Source of the DNA: Patescibacteria group bacterium
Lineage (GTDB): Bacteria; Patescibacteriota; Microgenomatia; UBA10105; UBA927
DNA length: 64,000 bases
Direction: 5' to 3'
NCBI GenBank assembly: GCA_023379025.1
Contig: JAMCTH010000010.1
Coordinates: 9,088-73,087 of the forward strand
The stretch's first letter is position 1; the number at the start of each line of letters is the position of its first letter. The translations under genes and the position numbers were made by a program. The notes under the pieces were generated by a model. That model ran no database searches. It was not told the DNA's origin and worked only from the letters and a program-made list of their open reading frames with translations. This document shows, piece after piece, positions 8,866 through 18,402 of this stretch.

Positions 8866-10085
8866 AATCAGTACAACCATTAAAAGGTTTTCGGGATATA
8901 TTACCTCCCGATGCCAAAAAACGGCAGTGGGTGAAAGCTGTCATGGTCAAAACTGCCGAGCGCTGGGGCTATGAGCCTATTGAGACGCCGACGCTTGAAC
9001 ACCTTTCCCTTTTCGAGGGGGAAATCGGTGAAGACGAAAAACTATTTTTCGGATTTCGTGATCAGGGCGGCAGAGACGTAGCGCTTCGGTATGACCAGTC
9101 AGTTCCAACATGCCGGTATGTTGCAAATAACCTTTCTGCAATTACGCTCCCCTTCCGCAGATACCAATTCCAAAACGTATTCCGGGCTGAAAAACCGCAA
9201 AAAGGGAGGTACCGAGAATTTACCCAGTTTGACACGGATATTTTCGGCGTCAAAGATGCCACAGCCGACGCAGAAGTGATCGCCCTTAATCTCGATACGT
9301 ACTTAAAAATTGGCTTCAAAAAACCGCTCATCATCTTCAACAACCGTGATCTCATGAAGGGCATCCCCTACCAGGCTATTGTTGCGATCGATAAGCTCAA
9401 AAAAATCGGTGAAGACGGAGTCATTGAGGATATGATCGGAAAAGGTATCGATAGATCAAAAGCCAAAGAATATCTCCGTCTCGTTCAAAGCATAAAGCCG
9501 GATCAAACAGTCAATACCATCATCACGTACCTCGAAAAGTCCGGCTTTGACAGCCAATTTTATAAATTTGAGCCGACGCTAGCCCGGTCATTTTCCTATT
9601 CCCAGGGTCCTATCTGGGAAATAATCATTGAGGACTATACCGTCGGATCTGTCGGAGGCGGCGAACGCTACGACGGCATGATGAAGCGGTTAACTGGCCT
9701 GGATATCCCGGCAACAGGTATCGCCTACGGCTTCGACCGGACAGTGGAAGCGGCGGACCAACTTGGTCTCATCCCGCAAACGGCGATTACGCAGATCTTA
9801 GTCACCCTCTTTTCACCTGAGCTTCAGGAACACATGCTTCTTTTAGCAAAAACCCTACGCGGAGCCGGTATCAGTACGGAGCTATACCCGGATATGAATG
9901 CGAGGATTGATAAACAGCTTAGATATGCTGACCGAAAGGGTATTCCCTACGTTCTTATCCAGGGGCCGGATGAATTGACCAAAAATGTCCTCATCCTCAA
10001 GGATATGCGCACAGGAAAACAGGAGGAACTCTCTATGAACGAGGTGGTAGAGAAACTCAAAACGAACCGAACCGAGTTTCCATGA
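8862..10085 (+). CDS. hisS: Histidine--tRNA ligase
   Basis: KGFRD, ALRYD, FRAEKPQKGRYREFTQ, GGGERYD, anticodon domain KQLRYAD. Confidence 0.97.
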   Translation: MKSVQPLKGFRDILPPDAKKRQWVKAVMVKTAERWGYEPIETPTLEHLSLFEGEIGEDEKLFFGFRDQGGRDVALRYDQSVPTCRYVANNLSAITLPFRRYQFQNVFRAEKPQKGRYREFTQFDTDIFGVKDATADAEVIALNLDTYLKIGFKKPLIIFNNRDLMKGIPYQAIVAIDKLKKIGEDGVIEDMIGKGIDRSKAKEYLRLVQSIKPDQTVNTIITYLEKSGFDSQFYKFEPTLARSFSYSQGPIWEIIIEDYTVGSVGGGERYDGMMKRLTGLDIPATGIAYGFDRTVEAADQLGLIPQTAITQILVTLFSPELQEHMLLLAKTLRGAGISTELYPDMNARIDKQLRYADRKGIPYVLIQGPDELTKNVLILKDMRTGKQEELSMNEVVEKLKTNRTEFP

Positions 10086-11092
10086 AACTCACGACTGTCC
10101 AAAAGGCATACCTGGCTCTTATCACCGCCAATGTCATCTGGGGTGCGGCATCACCCATATTCAAACTGAGCCTCGAGCACATCCCGCCCTATACTCTTGC
10201 CTTCTGGCGTTTTTTCATAGCCTCACTTATCCTCCTCCCCTACGCCCTTATGCAGAAACCGGTACGGTTTAAGGAAAAGAAAGATTTACTGCTTCTTCTC
10301 GGATATGCCTTTTCCGGTATCACCATAAACATCCTGTTCTTCTTCTGGGGCATCCAGCGTACCTATGCCCTAAACGGCCCGATCATCGCCTCATCGGCTC
10401 CGATTGTCACGATGGTGTTTGCCATGCTCCTCCTCCGCGAAAAATTCCGGCTCCGTAAATTTCTGGGCATCATCTGTGGTTCGATCGGGATACTCACGAT
10501 CGTTCTTGAACCACTGCTTTCCAAAGGATTGGGAGGGACCGTCGCCGGCAACAGTCTGCTGTTTGTTGCCATGCTCGGAGCGGTCGGGTCAATGATCGTG
10601 GGACGGGCACTCTTCCGTCGGTACAACCCCCTGACGCTGACGTTCTGGATATTTACCGTCGGATGGGCCAGCTTCCTGCCGCTTGCGGTCTATGATGCCG
10701 TCTCCATCCCCAACCTCTACCGGTCCCTGCACCCTCTGGCGTACCTCGGCATTATCTACGGCGGATTTTTTTCCTCGGCTCTTGCCTATGCCTGCCTCAA
10801 CTGGGGACTGTCGAAAATTCCGGCAACCGATTCGTCGCTTTTTACCTACATTGATCCGGTTGTCGGCACGGTGCTTGCTACCATCCTTCTGCATGAGCCG
10901 GTCACGAAGCTGTTCCTTCTGGGAACGGTCCTCATTTTCGGGGGGATCTATGCCGCGGAAGGCCGGCTCCATTACCACCCCTTCGGAAAGCTGAGACAGG
11001 CATCACCTTCTCTGCCACTAGCTCCTCCCCAAGTGCGGGTCATCCCCAAGCGTGAGGCTGCTGCCGCGCTCGAACGGATATTTTCCAAATAG
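10082..11092 (+). CDS. DMT/EamA family transporter (two EamA repeats)
   Basis: About 10 TM helices, IWG, R in TM2, LLRE/LLHE motifs; ATGA overlap with hisS stop. Confidence 0.9.
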   Translation: MKLTTVQKAYLALITANVIWGAASPIFKLSLEHIPPYTLAFWRFFIASLILLPYALMQKPVRFKEKKDLLLLLGYAFSGITINILFFFWGIQRTYALNGPIIASSAPIVTMVFAMLLLREKFRLRKFLGIICGSIGILTIVLEPLLSKGLGGTVAGNSLLFVAMLGAVGSMIVGRALFRRYNPLTLTFWIFTVGWASFLPLAVYDAVSIPNLYRSLHPLAYLGIIYGGFFSSALAYACLNWGLSKIPATDSSLFTYIDPVVGTVLATILLHEPVTKLFLLGTVLIFGGIYAAEGRLHYHPFGKLRQASPSLPLAPPQVRVIPKREAAAALERIFSK

Positions 11093-11098
11093 ACGAAC

Positions 11099-11148
11099 TG
11101 TAGAAATCGATTGAAAGGAGGGCGCGTTCCCGCCAACCGATTTCTACA
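11099..11148. terminator. Inverted repeat between convergent genes
   Basis: TGTAGAAATCG ... CGATTTCTACA, perfect 11-bp arms. Confidence 0.5.
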
Positions 11149-11170
11149 AAAGGACAAAAAGGAGAGACGA

Positions 11171-11617
11171 TTAAAGTACTGCGAGCACTTCCCTGAGCTT
11201 GGTAAGAGTGTCAATATTGTTGACGTTGAACTCATCCGCTGCAATAACTAGCGCTGCTTCTTCGCACACTGGCACGGGGCTCTTAGCCGGATCATAGAAC
11301 ATGATGATGCAGGCATCACGGTTGACGAGACGTACATATCTCGCAAGATCCACCCCGGTCCGCAAGCTACCCTGGTCCACGAGACGTGGTAAATCCATGG
11401 ATTGCACCGTTTCATCGACGTTCTCGTTGACAATAATGACAACATTGGCGTTAACCAGATCTCTCAGAGATTCGGCAGGATACCATTCGAAACTCTCCGA
11501 ATCCAAATACAATGCTGCAGTAAGTACAACTTGTGCTCGATCCGCTGCAAGATCTGTATTCGCCTCAGGTTGCATAACTACAACGAGCATATCAGCTCTC
11601 ATTGTTTTACTCCTCAC
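11171..11617 (-). CDS. Hypothetical protein, degenerate CheY-like receiver domain
   Basis: TGVDLARYVRLVNRDACIIMF resembles receiver alpha3-beta4; canonical acidic pocket and KP are not evident. Confidence 0.45.
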   Translation of the reverse strand: MRSKTMRADMLVVVMQPEANTDLAADRAQVVLTAALYLDSESFEWYPAESLRDLVNANVVIIVNENVDETVQSMDLPRLVDQGSLRTGVDLARYVRLVNRDACIIMFYDPAKSPVPVCEEAALVIAADEFNVNNIDTLTKLREVLAVL

Positions 11618-11772
11618 TTGAACGCCCTTTTAATCTCCTTTTTGTCAACGAACTTGCCTTCTCTATTTACACGCAATTGTGTTTGAAAGCATCGTAAGTC
11701 TATAGGGTATTGGCCATTCTGTCAAACTCTCTCCGACTTCCCTTTTCCATGGATTTTTTGTACAATACGTCT

Positions 11773-12081
11773 ATGAAATCCAATATCCATCCTCAGTGGT
11801 TTCCGAATGCCCGGGTGTCGTGTGCGTGTGGCAATACCTTTACGGTAGGCGCAACTAAGGAAGTCATCCAAGTCGAAATCTGCTCCAAGTGCCACCCATT
11901 TTTCACTGGCGAGATGAAATTCATCGATACGCTCGGGCGCGTCGAACGCTTCCAGCAGAAACAGCAGGTTGCCAAAGTCGCTGCGGCAAGTCTTGCGGAA
12001 AAGAAAAAGAAAAAGAAGGAACGTGAAGAACAGCTCCGCACCCCGAAATCCCTCAAAGAAATGCTCATGGGGACTCAATAG
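11773..12081 (+). CDS. rpmE: 50S ribosomal protein L31 (Zn-binding type) with basic C-terminal extension
   Basis: [27 protein letters not shown]. Confidence 0.96.
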   Translation: MKSNIHPQWFPNARVSCACGNTFTVGATKEVIQVEICSKCHPFFTGEMKFIDTLGRVERFQQKQQVAKVAAASLAEKKKKKKEREEQLRTPKSLKEMLMGTQ

Positions 12082-12135
12082 CAACACGAGCAATACACGT
12101 TACTTCGTTGCTTCGTAAACTTCATTTGCTTTTTT

Positions 12136-12170
12136 CGAACTAACGAACTAACGAATGAACGAACTAACGA
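12136..12170 (+). repeat. 8-nt tandem repeat (CGAACTAA)n
   Basis: cgaactaa cgaactaa cgaatgaa cgaactaa cga; degenerate complementary ttcgttgc units just upstream. Confidence 0.7.
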
Positions 12171-12871
12171 TGAATCAAGACGTAGCTATTCTCGAATTCC
12201 GTCCGGGTCCGGGCGGCGACGAGGCCCGAATCTGGGCTGGTGATCTCATGCGGATGTATCTGCGTTATGCCGGGCTCCAAGGCTGGAAAACCGAACAGAT
12301 CAGCGACAATTCTATCCGCATCCGGGGGCCGCAGGCATTTACCAAACTGCAATATGAAGCAGGCACCCACCGCGTGCAGCGTGTGCCGACGACGGAGCGC
12401 CAGGGCAGAATCCACACCTCAACCGCGACCGTAGCCGTCCTGCCGGAAATTCCGGAAACCGAGATTGTCATACGACCGGAAGATCTGGAATGGGATTTCT
12501 ACCGGAGCGGCGGCAAAGGCGGGCAGAACGTCAACAAAGTAAGCTCTGCCGTACGCCTTCGTCATAAGCCGACCGGCATCATCGTGACCGCCCAGACGGA
12601 GCGCGATCAGTTTCAGAACCGTCAGATGGCCATGTCCCTTCTTCGCGGCAAGCTCTGGGAACAGGAAGAAATCAAAAAATCTCAGATGCTAAGCGAACAG
12701 CGCAGTATTATCGGCCGGGGTATGCGGGCGGAAAAAATACGCACTTACAACTACCCGCAAAACCGCGTGACGGACCACCGGATCGGCAAGAGCTGGCATA
12801 CCCTCGAGGATATCGTCAACGGCAGGTTGCAGAACGTAACGGAGGCGTTAAGCTCCGGCAGCCTTGGCTAA
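12155..12871 (+). CDS. prfA: Peptide chain release factor 1, lacking N-terminal domain 1 (alternative start 12170)
   Basis: GGDEA, E.GTHRVQRVPTTE (PxT), GGQNVNK, IRTYNYPQNRVTDHR; only 238 aa. Confidence 0.9.
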   Translation: MNELTMNQDVAILEFRPGPGGDEARIWAGDLMRMYLRYAGLQGWKTEQISDNSIRIRGPQAFTKLQYEAGTHRVQRVPTTERQGRIHTSTATVAVLPEIPETEIVIRPEDLEWDFYRSGGKGGQNVNKVSSAVRLRHKPTGIIVTAQTERDQFQNRQMAMSLLRGKLWEQEEIKKSQMLSEQRSIIGRGMRAEKIRTYNYPQNRVTDHRIGKSWHTLEDIVNGRLQNVTEALSSGSLG

Positions 12872-12882
12872 CGAAATTACCG

Positions 12883-14061
12883 CTACTGGCTGCTTTGGTT
12901 TCCGAGGGTCACGGACACGGTAAGCGTCTTCCCGTCCCGCCAGAGCTTGACGGCAAGTGTCTGGCCGACTTTTGTCTTGCCGATGATTGCCGCCAGGTCG
13001 TTGGTGCCGCTTACCCTGGTGCCGCCGATATCCGTGATGATATCCCCGTTCTGAATCCCTGCCGTCTCCGCCGGACTCCCGGTCACGACATCCACGATAT
13101 ACGCCCCTTCCGGAACGTCGTTCATAATGGCAAGGTCTTTGGTCACCATCTTAAACCGTACCCCGAGATAGGGCCGGTTAAACTGACCGGTCTGGTTGAA
13201 GTTCTTCAGCGCATCCTTGATGACGTTGATCGGGATGGCGAAACCGATATTCTGTCCCTGCTGGGAGACTGCGGTATTGATGCCGATCACCTGCCCCGCG
13301 GAGTTGAGAAGCGGCCCGCCGGAGTTACCCGGGTTGATTGCCGCCGATGTCTGGATCACGTCATCAAGCCGTTCCACATACCCCTCATACGGGCTTCCGG
13401 CAGTGATGCCGCGCCCCAAGCCCGATACAACGCCGGTCGTCACCGTGCTCCTGAATTCCCCAAGCGCCGTACCGATGGCGATTGCCAGCTGCCCGACCTG
13501 TATTTTTGACGAATCCCCCATCACGACCGTCGGCAGGTTCGAAGCATCGATTTTAAGAATTGCCAGGTCATTGGCCGGATCGCGGTAGATTTTGGTAACG
13601 TCATAGGTCTTGCTGGTTGCCGTAATAATCCGGTACTTTGCCGTCGTATCCGATACGACGTGCTTATTGGTGATAATAAGCCCGTCGCTCTCAACGATAA
13701 AACCCGACCCGATGTCCTGCTCCTGCGGCTGGCTGTTCCCGGGAACCTGCTGAAAGGGAGCAAACGGGTCAAACGGATTGACCTGAAAATAGCTTTGCTG
13801 ACCGGACTGCGTAATCCCGACGGTCACAACCGCAGGGGAGGCTTTTTTCACGACATCGATCACGACGGATTCTTCGGAAACCACGTTCACCTTTTCCCGC
13901 CCGGCAGAAAGAGGAGGCGTTGTCAGCGCCTGCTCCGGTATATACCGTGAGATGCTGCCGGCAATCGAGGACCACTTGAGCCCGAATACTCCGGAACTTA
14001 CGAGTCCGCCGATGACCAAAACGATTGCGGCAGGGACAAGAAGCGCTTTCTGGTATTTCAT
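12883..14061 (-). CDS. htrA: HtrA/DegP-like serine protease with one PDZ domain
   Basis: TM anchor, GSGF, TNKHV, DLA, INPGNSGGPL, PDZ. Confidence 0.93.
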   Translation of the reverse strand: MKYQKALLVPAAIVLVIGGLVSSGVFGLKWSSIAGSISRYIPEQALTTPPLSAGREKVNVVSEESVVIDVVKKASPAVVTVGITQSGQQSYFQVNPFDPFAPFQQVPGNSQPQEQDIGSGFIVESDGLIITNKHVVSDTTAKYRIITATSKTYDVTKIYRDPANDLAILKIDASNLPTVVMGDSSKIQVGQLAIAIGTALGEFRSTVTTGVVSGLGRGITAGSPYEGYVERLDDVIQTSAAINPGNSGGPLLNSAGQVIGINTAVSQQGQNIGFAIPINVIKDALKNFNQTGQFNRPYLGVRFKMVTKDLAIMNDVPEGAYIVDVVTGSPAETAGIQNGDIITDIGGTRVSGTNDLAAIIGKTKVGQTLAVKLWRDGKTLTVSVTLGNQSSQ

Positions 14062-14080
14062 AGGCCGTCCTCTTCGGATA

Positions 14081-15364
14081 TCATTGTGCCAACAGTTCTA
14101 CTGCTTTCGCAAGCTGTGCGTCATGCGTCGCGTCATTTGTGTCCAGGGCAACGGTTATATCGGGAGTTATGCCCGTTTTATTTATGGATGTTCCGTCCGG
14201 AGTGAGCCATTTGCCCGTCGTAATATGGAGCCCTGCCCCTCCCGGCAAATCCTGCGGCGTCTGGACTGACCCCTTCCCGAACGTCGTCTCTCCGACCAGG
14301 GTTGCCCTCTTGTCATCATGGAGAGCCCCGGAAACGATTTCCGCCGCCGACGCGGTCCCCTTGTTCACGAGAACAACCATCGGGATGGTCAGGAGCTGGC
14401 CCTGACGGTCAACGCCGTAATTCTGGCGCGATCCGTCGCTGTTAACCTGGGTAACGATCGTGCCGCTTCTGATGAATTCGCTTCCGACAAACACCGCCCC
14501 GTCCAGGTACCCGCCCGGATTATCCCGGAGATCAAGAATGAGACCCAAAAGCCTGCCGTCTTTTGCCTGGGCAGCAAGGATGTCCTTCACTGCCTGATCC
14601 CACTCTCCGTTGGTGTTATCTCCAAAGCGCGTAAGGCGGATATAGGCGACTTCCTTGGATGAACGGGAAAGTGCCGCGGTACCGGGAAGTCCGGCGATCT
14701 CCGGTATGGCACGGACGTTCTTCACCCAGTCCTCGACCGACGGCACCGTAATCGTATCACGGACTATGGGAAGGTCGATGGGCTGTGTATCGTTTTCATG
14801 AAGGATGGTCAGGGTCACCGTCGTGCCTTTCGGTCCCCGTATTTTGGCTACCGCCTGGGATATGGACCAGTCCGTTGTGTCGAGGCCGTCCACCTTCAGA
14901 ATGAAATCGCCTGCACGGACTCCGGCTTTCATGGCCGGCGTATTTTTGACCGGCGCAATGACCATGAGATGGTTCTCCTTCATCCCGAGTTCAATTCCAA
15001 CGCCTTCAATTGACCCGCCCAGGTCTTCTTTAAACTGCTCGTTTTCCTTGGGCGGCAGGAACGTCGTATACGGGTCTCCTACCGCATGGACCATACCGGT
15101 AATCGCTCCGTATACCATCTCTTGTGCATTGAGCTGGGACGCATCAATGTAAGAGCGGAAAATCCGCTGCCATACATTCCAAAAGAGAGAAAAATCTACG
15201 GTCGTTTGGGGAGGCGTTTCCTCGTGAAGGACAACGCGGCTCTCCGGGGAAATACCCACGGACACTTTGTGAAGACCCAGATTATAGCCGACCCCTCCGG
15301 CCACAATAAGAAGCGCTGCAATGAGGATAAACGGACGGATTTTTGAAAAAGGAAGTTGTTTCAT
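14081..15364 (-). CDS. ctpA: S41 C-terminal processing peptidase
   Basis: DPYT, PDZ, DLRDNPGG, TASAAE, TFGKGSVQ, GITPD. Confidence 0.93.
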   Translation of the reverse strand: MKQLPFSKIRPFILIAALLIVAGGVGYNLGLHKVSVGISPESRVVLHEETPPQTTVDFSLFWNVWQRIFRSYIDASQLNAQEMVYGAITGMVHAVGDPYTTFLPPKENEQFKEDLGGSIEGVGIELGMKENHLMVIAPVKNTPAMKAGVRAGDFILKVDGLDTTDWSISQAVAKIRGPKGTTVTLTILHENDTQPIDLPIVRDTITVPSVEDWVKNVRAIPEIAGLPGTAALSRSSKEVAYIRLTRFGDNTNGEWDQAVKDILAAQAKDGRLLGLILDLRDNPGGYLDGAVFVGSEFIRSGTIVTQVNSDGSRQNYGVDRQGQLLTIPMVVLVNKGTASAAEIVSGALHDDKRATLVGETTFGKGSVQTPQDLPGGAGLHITTGKWLTPDGTSINKTGITPDITVALDTNDATHDAQLAKAVELLAQ

Positions 15365-15450
15365 GTAGCCATCATACCCCAGCGACACACGCTTTCACCA
15401 TACCCGAATTCCATGAAAAAATCATGAATGCCGGTTCCCTACTCCTGCCC

Positions 15451-15693
15451 TCACGCACGGACGACAAACGGCAAAAGCGCGAGATGCCTTGCGCGCTTGA
15501 CCGTTCGGGTGAGTGCGCGCTGGTGTTTGCTGCAGAGTCCCGACCGCTCGCGCGAGAGAATTTTTCCGCGTTCGCTAAGGAAACGCGATAGTGAACCGGT
15601 ATCCAGAACATCCGGTGCCGTTTTCCCTTCACAAAACAGGCATACCTGCGCCACCGGTCTGACTTTCCTGATTTTTCTTGTTTTTTTCAGCAT
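15451..15693 (-). CDS. rpsR: 30S ribosomal protein S18
   Basis: CLFC, SERGKI, CSKHQR, KRAR.LALLPF. Confidence 0.95.
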   Translation of the reverse strand: MLKKTRKIRKVRPVAQVCLFCEGKTAPDVLDTGSLSRFLSERGKILSRERSGLCSKHQRALTRTVKRARHLALLPFVVRA

Positions 15694-15767
15694 ATTTCTC
15701 TCCTATGAAAGACAAAAACCGCCGTCAACTGCGGTACGTTTCATGCACATGCCCCCTGCCCTGACCA

Positions 15768-16331
15768 TCAAAACGGAATGTCATCCGGATTGACGTCTTC
15801 GTCTCCTGTCGGTTTCGGATTTTGCTGGGCCTGGGTCGGCGCACCATCACCCGCCCCGTGCTGCTGTTTTACCGGCTTGCCTGACTGCGGCTTCCCGCCG
15901 GCGTGTTGCGGAGCGGGTGTTTTTACGGCACTTCCTGTTCCCTCTCTGGCCTGCAGAGGGTCGGACCCTGTTTCATCCGCCACTATCCCCGGCCGGCGGG
16001 AATCAAGGAGGATCATATCCTCTATGATGACTTCCGTCGTGCTGCGCTGGTTGCCGTCCTGACCCTGCCACGTCGACGTCCTGAGTCTCCCCTCGACATA
16101 GACCTTCCGCCCTTTAGTCAGGAGCTGCCCACAAAGCTCAGCAAGCTTATTCCAGGCTACGACCCGGTGAAACTCCGTTTCTTCCTTTTTCTCGCCCGAT
16201 TCGGCGGACCAGGTGCGGTTCGTCGCAAGGCCGATCGTACAGACCGGTACACCGGTCGGCGTATACCGGAGTTCGGGATCACGCGTCAGGTTTCCGATAA
16301 GCATGACCTTATTGAGACTTCTGGATGCCAT
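15768..16331 (-). CDS. ssb: Single-stranded DNA-binding protein
   Basis: LNKVMLIGNLTRDPE, KGRKVYVEGRL, C-terminal DDIPF. Confidence 0.97.
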   Translation of the reverse strand: MASRSLNKVMLIGNLTRDPELRYTPTGVPVCTIGLATNRTWSAESGEKKEETEFHRVVAWNKLAELCGQLLTKGRKVYVEGRLRTSTWQGQDGNQRSTTEVIIEDMILLDSRRPGIVADETGSDPLQAREGTGSAVKTPAPQHAGGKPQSGKPVKQQHGAGDGAPTQAQQNPKPTGDEDVNPDDIPF

Positions 16332-16334
16332 ACG

Positions 16335-16622
16335 TTACTGCTTAGCCGTCAGGAGATACCGCAGTATGTCCTGACCCAGGGCAAGCTGTTTCTCAAGATC
16401 CGCGACCCGGATGGGCCGGTCGCTCGTCAGCCTAGTTTTCCAATATACTCCTTCCCTTTTTTTCGCGATTTCGTACGCGAGCTGTTTCCTGCCGAGCGGA
16501 GTAATCTCCGAAACCGACACACCGTCTCCTACAAACTTCTCTATCCGCTCTTTCTTCTGTGTATCATCTTCATCCGGCAAATCCGGACGGAGAATGAGGA
16601 CAAGATCATACGACCGTTTCAT
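16335..16622 (-). CDS. rpsF: 30S ribosomal protein S6
   Basis: YDLVLILRP, GRKQLAYEI, G.Y, ILRYL; rpsF-ssb-rpsR order. Confidence 0.93.
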   Translation of the reverse strand: MKRSYDLVLILRPDLPDEDDTQKKERIEKFVGDGVSVSEITPLGRKQLAYEIAKKREGVYWKTRLTSDRPIRVADLEKQLALGQDILRYLLTAKQ

Positions 16623-16681
16623 AGCTGTCATGATACCATGAACCCGTTGATTTCTCAACCAGAAACGAGACCCATGACGGA

Positions 16682-17794
16682 TTATGTTCCGATCTTAAAT
16701 TCTACCACGTCGCCATCCTGCAGTTCATAATCCTTTCCTTCACTCCGGACCTTCCCGGCGTCCCGGGATTTCACCCATCCGGGAGCAGCGACGAACGTGT
16801 CAAAGTCTACGACATCCGCTTTTATGAATTTCTTTTCGAAATCCGTATGGATCACTCCGGCGGCCTGGGGCGCCTTGGTACCTTTGGCGATGGTCCATGC
16901 ACGCGACTCCTTGACTCCGCAGGTTAGAAATGACACAAGTCCGAGCATCTCATAGGCTTTCCGGATCAGGCGATTGAGCGCCGGTTCACTGAGGCCTAAT
17001 TCTTTAAGATATTGTGTTTGTTCCTCTTCCGAAAGGCTCGCCAGTTCATACTCTGTTTTAGCAGAAACCACAATTGTGTCATGCCGAACCTGATCCGATA
17101 CCTCAATAAGCATAGAACGTTCTTTCCCATCTGAAACACCACCCTTTGCGAGTTGTTTTTCTGAAACATTCAGCACGTAGAGAACCGGCTTCATTGTAAG
17201 GAGGTTTACATCCCGGATCGCCTCCCGTTCCTCCGGATCCGTTACCACAATCCGCGCCGGTTTACCGCTGTTTAAGCTATCAAGTAATTTTTTTATAACC
17301 TGCCAGCGCTCCTGAATTTTTCGGTCTGTAACCCCTCGGGGTTCTGCCTGCTTGGTAAGCGTCTGGAGGTCGGCGAGAATAAGCTCCGTTTCAATGGTTT
17401 CCTTATCCTGCACGGGATTAATGTCACCGGCGACATGCACTACTGACGGGTCCTCAAAAAATCTGAGCACGTTGATGAGGAGATGTACTTCACGGATATG
17501 GGCAAGAAACTTGTTGCCGAGCCCCTGACCTTCTGACGCACCTTTCACGAGTCCCGCGATATCCACAAACTCGACGACCGCCGGTACGAGCGGCGGCTTC
17601 TTCCCTTCCGTCTCCTCAACGACTCCGGCCAGTGCCTCAAGGCGCGGGTCCGGCACCGGAACAATGCCGACGTTGGGCTCAATCGTGCAAAACGGATACG
17701 GCGCCGCATCGGCGACCTGCTTTTTGAGAAGCGCGTTGAAGAGTGTACTTTTCCCGGCATTTGGCAATCCGACTATGCCGACTTTGAGATTCAT
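16682..17794 (-). CDS. ychF: Redox-regulated ATPase YchF
   Basis: [50 protein letters not shown]. Confidence 0.97.
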   Translation of the reverse strand: MNLKVGIVGLPNAGKSTLFNALLKKQVADAAPYPFCTIEPNVGIVPVPDPRLEALAGVVEETEGKKPPLVPAVVEFVDIAGLVKGASEGQGLGNKFLAHIREVHLLINVLRFFEDPSVVHVAGDINPVQDKETIETELILADLQTLTKQAEPRGVTDRKIQERWQVIKKLLDSLNSGKPARIVVTDPEEREAIRDVNLLTMKPVLYVLNVSEKQLAKGGVSDGKERSMLIEVSDQVRHDTIVVSAKTEYELASLSEEEQTQYLKELGLSEPALNRLIRKAYEMLGLVSFLTCGVKESRAWTIAKGTKAPQAAGVIHTDFEKKFIKADVVDFDTFVAAPGWVKSRDAGKVRSEGKDYELQDGDVVEFKIGT

Positions 17795-17831
17795 GGTGTA
17801 AAAAAGGGTGTATTGGCGAGCCTAATTTGGC

Positions 17832-17860
17832 TTGACAAATCGACCTAAGTTTAGTATAGT
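17832..17860 (+). promoter_or_regulatory. Near-consensus sigma70 promoter pointing into the 3' end of the NYN gene
   Basis: TTGACA (17832-17837), 17 nt, TATAGT (17855-17860); no + strand ORF follows. Confidence 0.7.
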
Positions 17861-17865
17861 CTGGA

Positions 17866-17922
17866 AAGAATTACCACGGAAAGCGCCCTTTAAGGTTTGT
17901 CCTTACGGGGTTCTTTCTTTTT
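17866..17922 (+). ncRNA. Candidate ~57-nt small RNA antisense to the NYN gene 3' end
   Basis: After the promoter: ATTACCACG, then hairpin GAAAG.CCC..TAAGG-TTTGT-CCTTA..GGG.CTTTC and a T-tract. Confidence 0.5.
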
Positions 17923-18402
17923 ATACGCTACTTTTTTCTTCAGATCGCTTAAAAACCCCAGACAGCCTGACGGAACACGTTTGAGCAGTGCTGAATACTT
18001 TTGCTGATTTGGAATGAGCAGCTTCTGAAGCTTATTCTTTTGAATGAGATACTCTGCCAAACAATAAAAATCTCCATCTCCCGTGACAATCACCGCCTGC
18101 CCATAATCAGGATAATCGATCATAGCCTGCAGCACAAGCTCCGCATCGCAGTTTCCTTTAACGGTACCGTCTTTATATTTTAATGTCGGCTTAAAGATAA
18201 GAACGTAGCCCTTTTCCTGCAGTGATTTATACAGGTTTGCATTACTTTCGATATAACCGATAAATATATACGCCTTTACAACATGATACTTTTCCTCAAG
18301 GTACACGCGGAATCGTCGATAATCGAGTTTCCAACCCATCTCCCGGAAAGACATATTGAGATTTTGACTATCGATAAAAGCGAAGTTTTTCTGCTTTTTC
18401 AT
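17890..18402 (-). CDS. NYN/LabA (PIN-like) domain protein, putative RNase
   Basis: AFIDSQNL, KGNCDAEL, IVTGDGDF, YS.LL; visibly AT-rich. Confidence 0.9.
   Translation of the reverse strand: MKKQKNFAFIDSQNLNMSFREMGWKLDYRRFRVYLEEKYHVVKAYIFIGYIESNANLYKSLQEKGYVLIFKPTLKYKDGTVKGNCDAELVLQAMIDYPDYGQAVIVTGDGDFYCLAEYLIQKNKLQKLLIPNQQKYSALLKRVPSGCLGFLSDLKKKVAYKKKEPRKDKP

Noticed and set aside
12082-12154. Programmed frameshift or readthrough joining rpmE to prfA
   Set aside because: The spacer is short and made of 8-nt repeats; no prfB-like CTTTGA slip site, and no RF domain-1 sequence.
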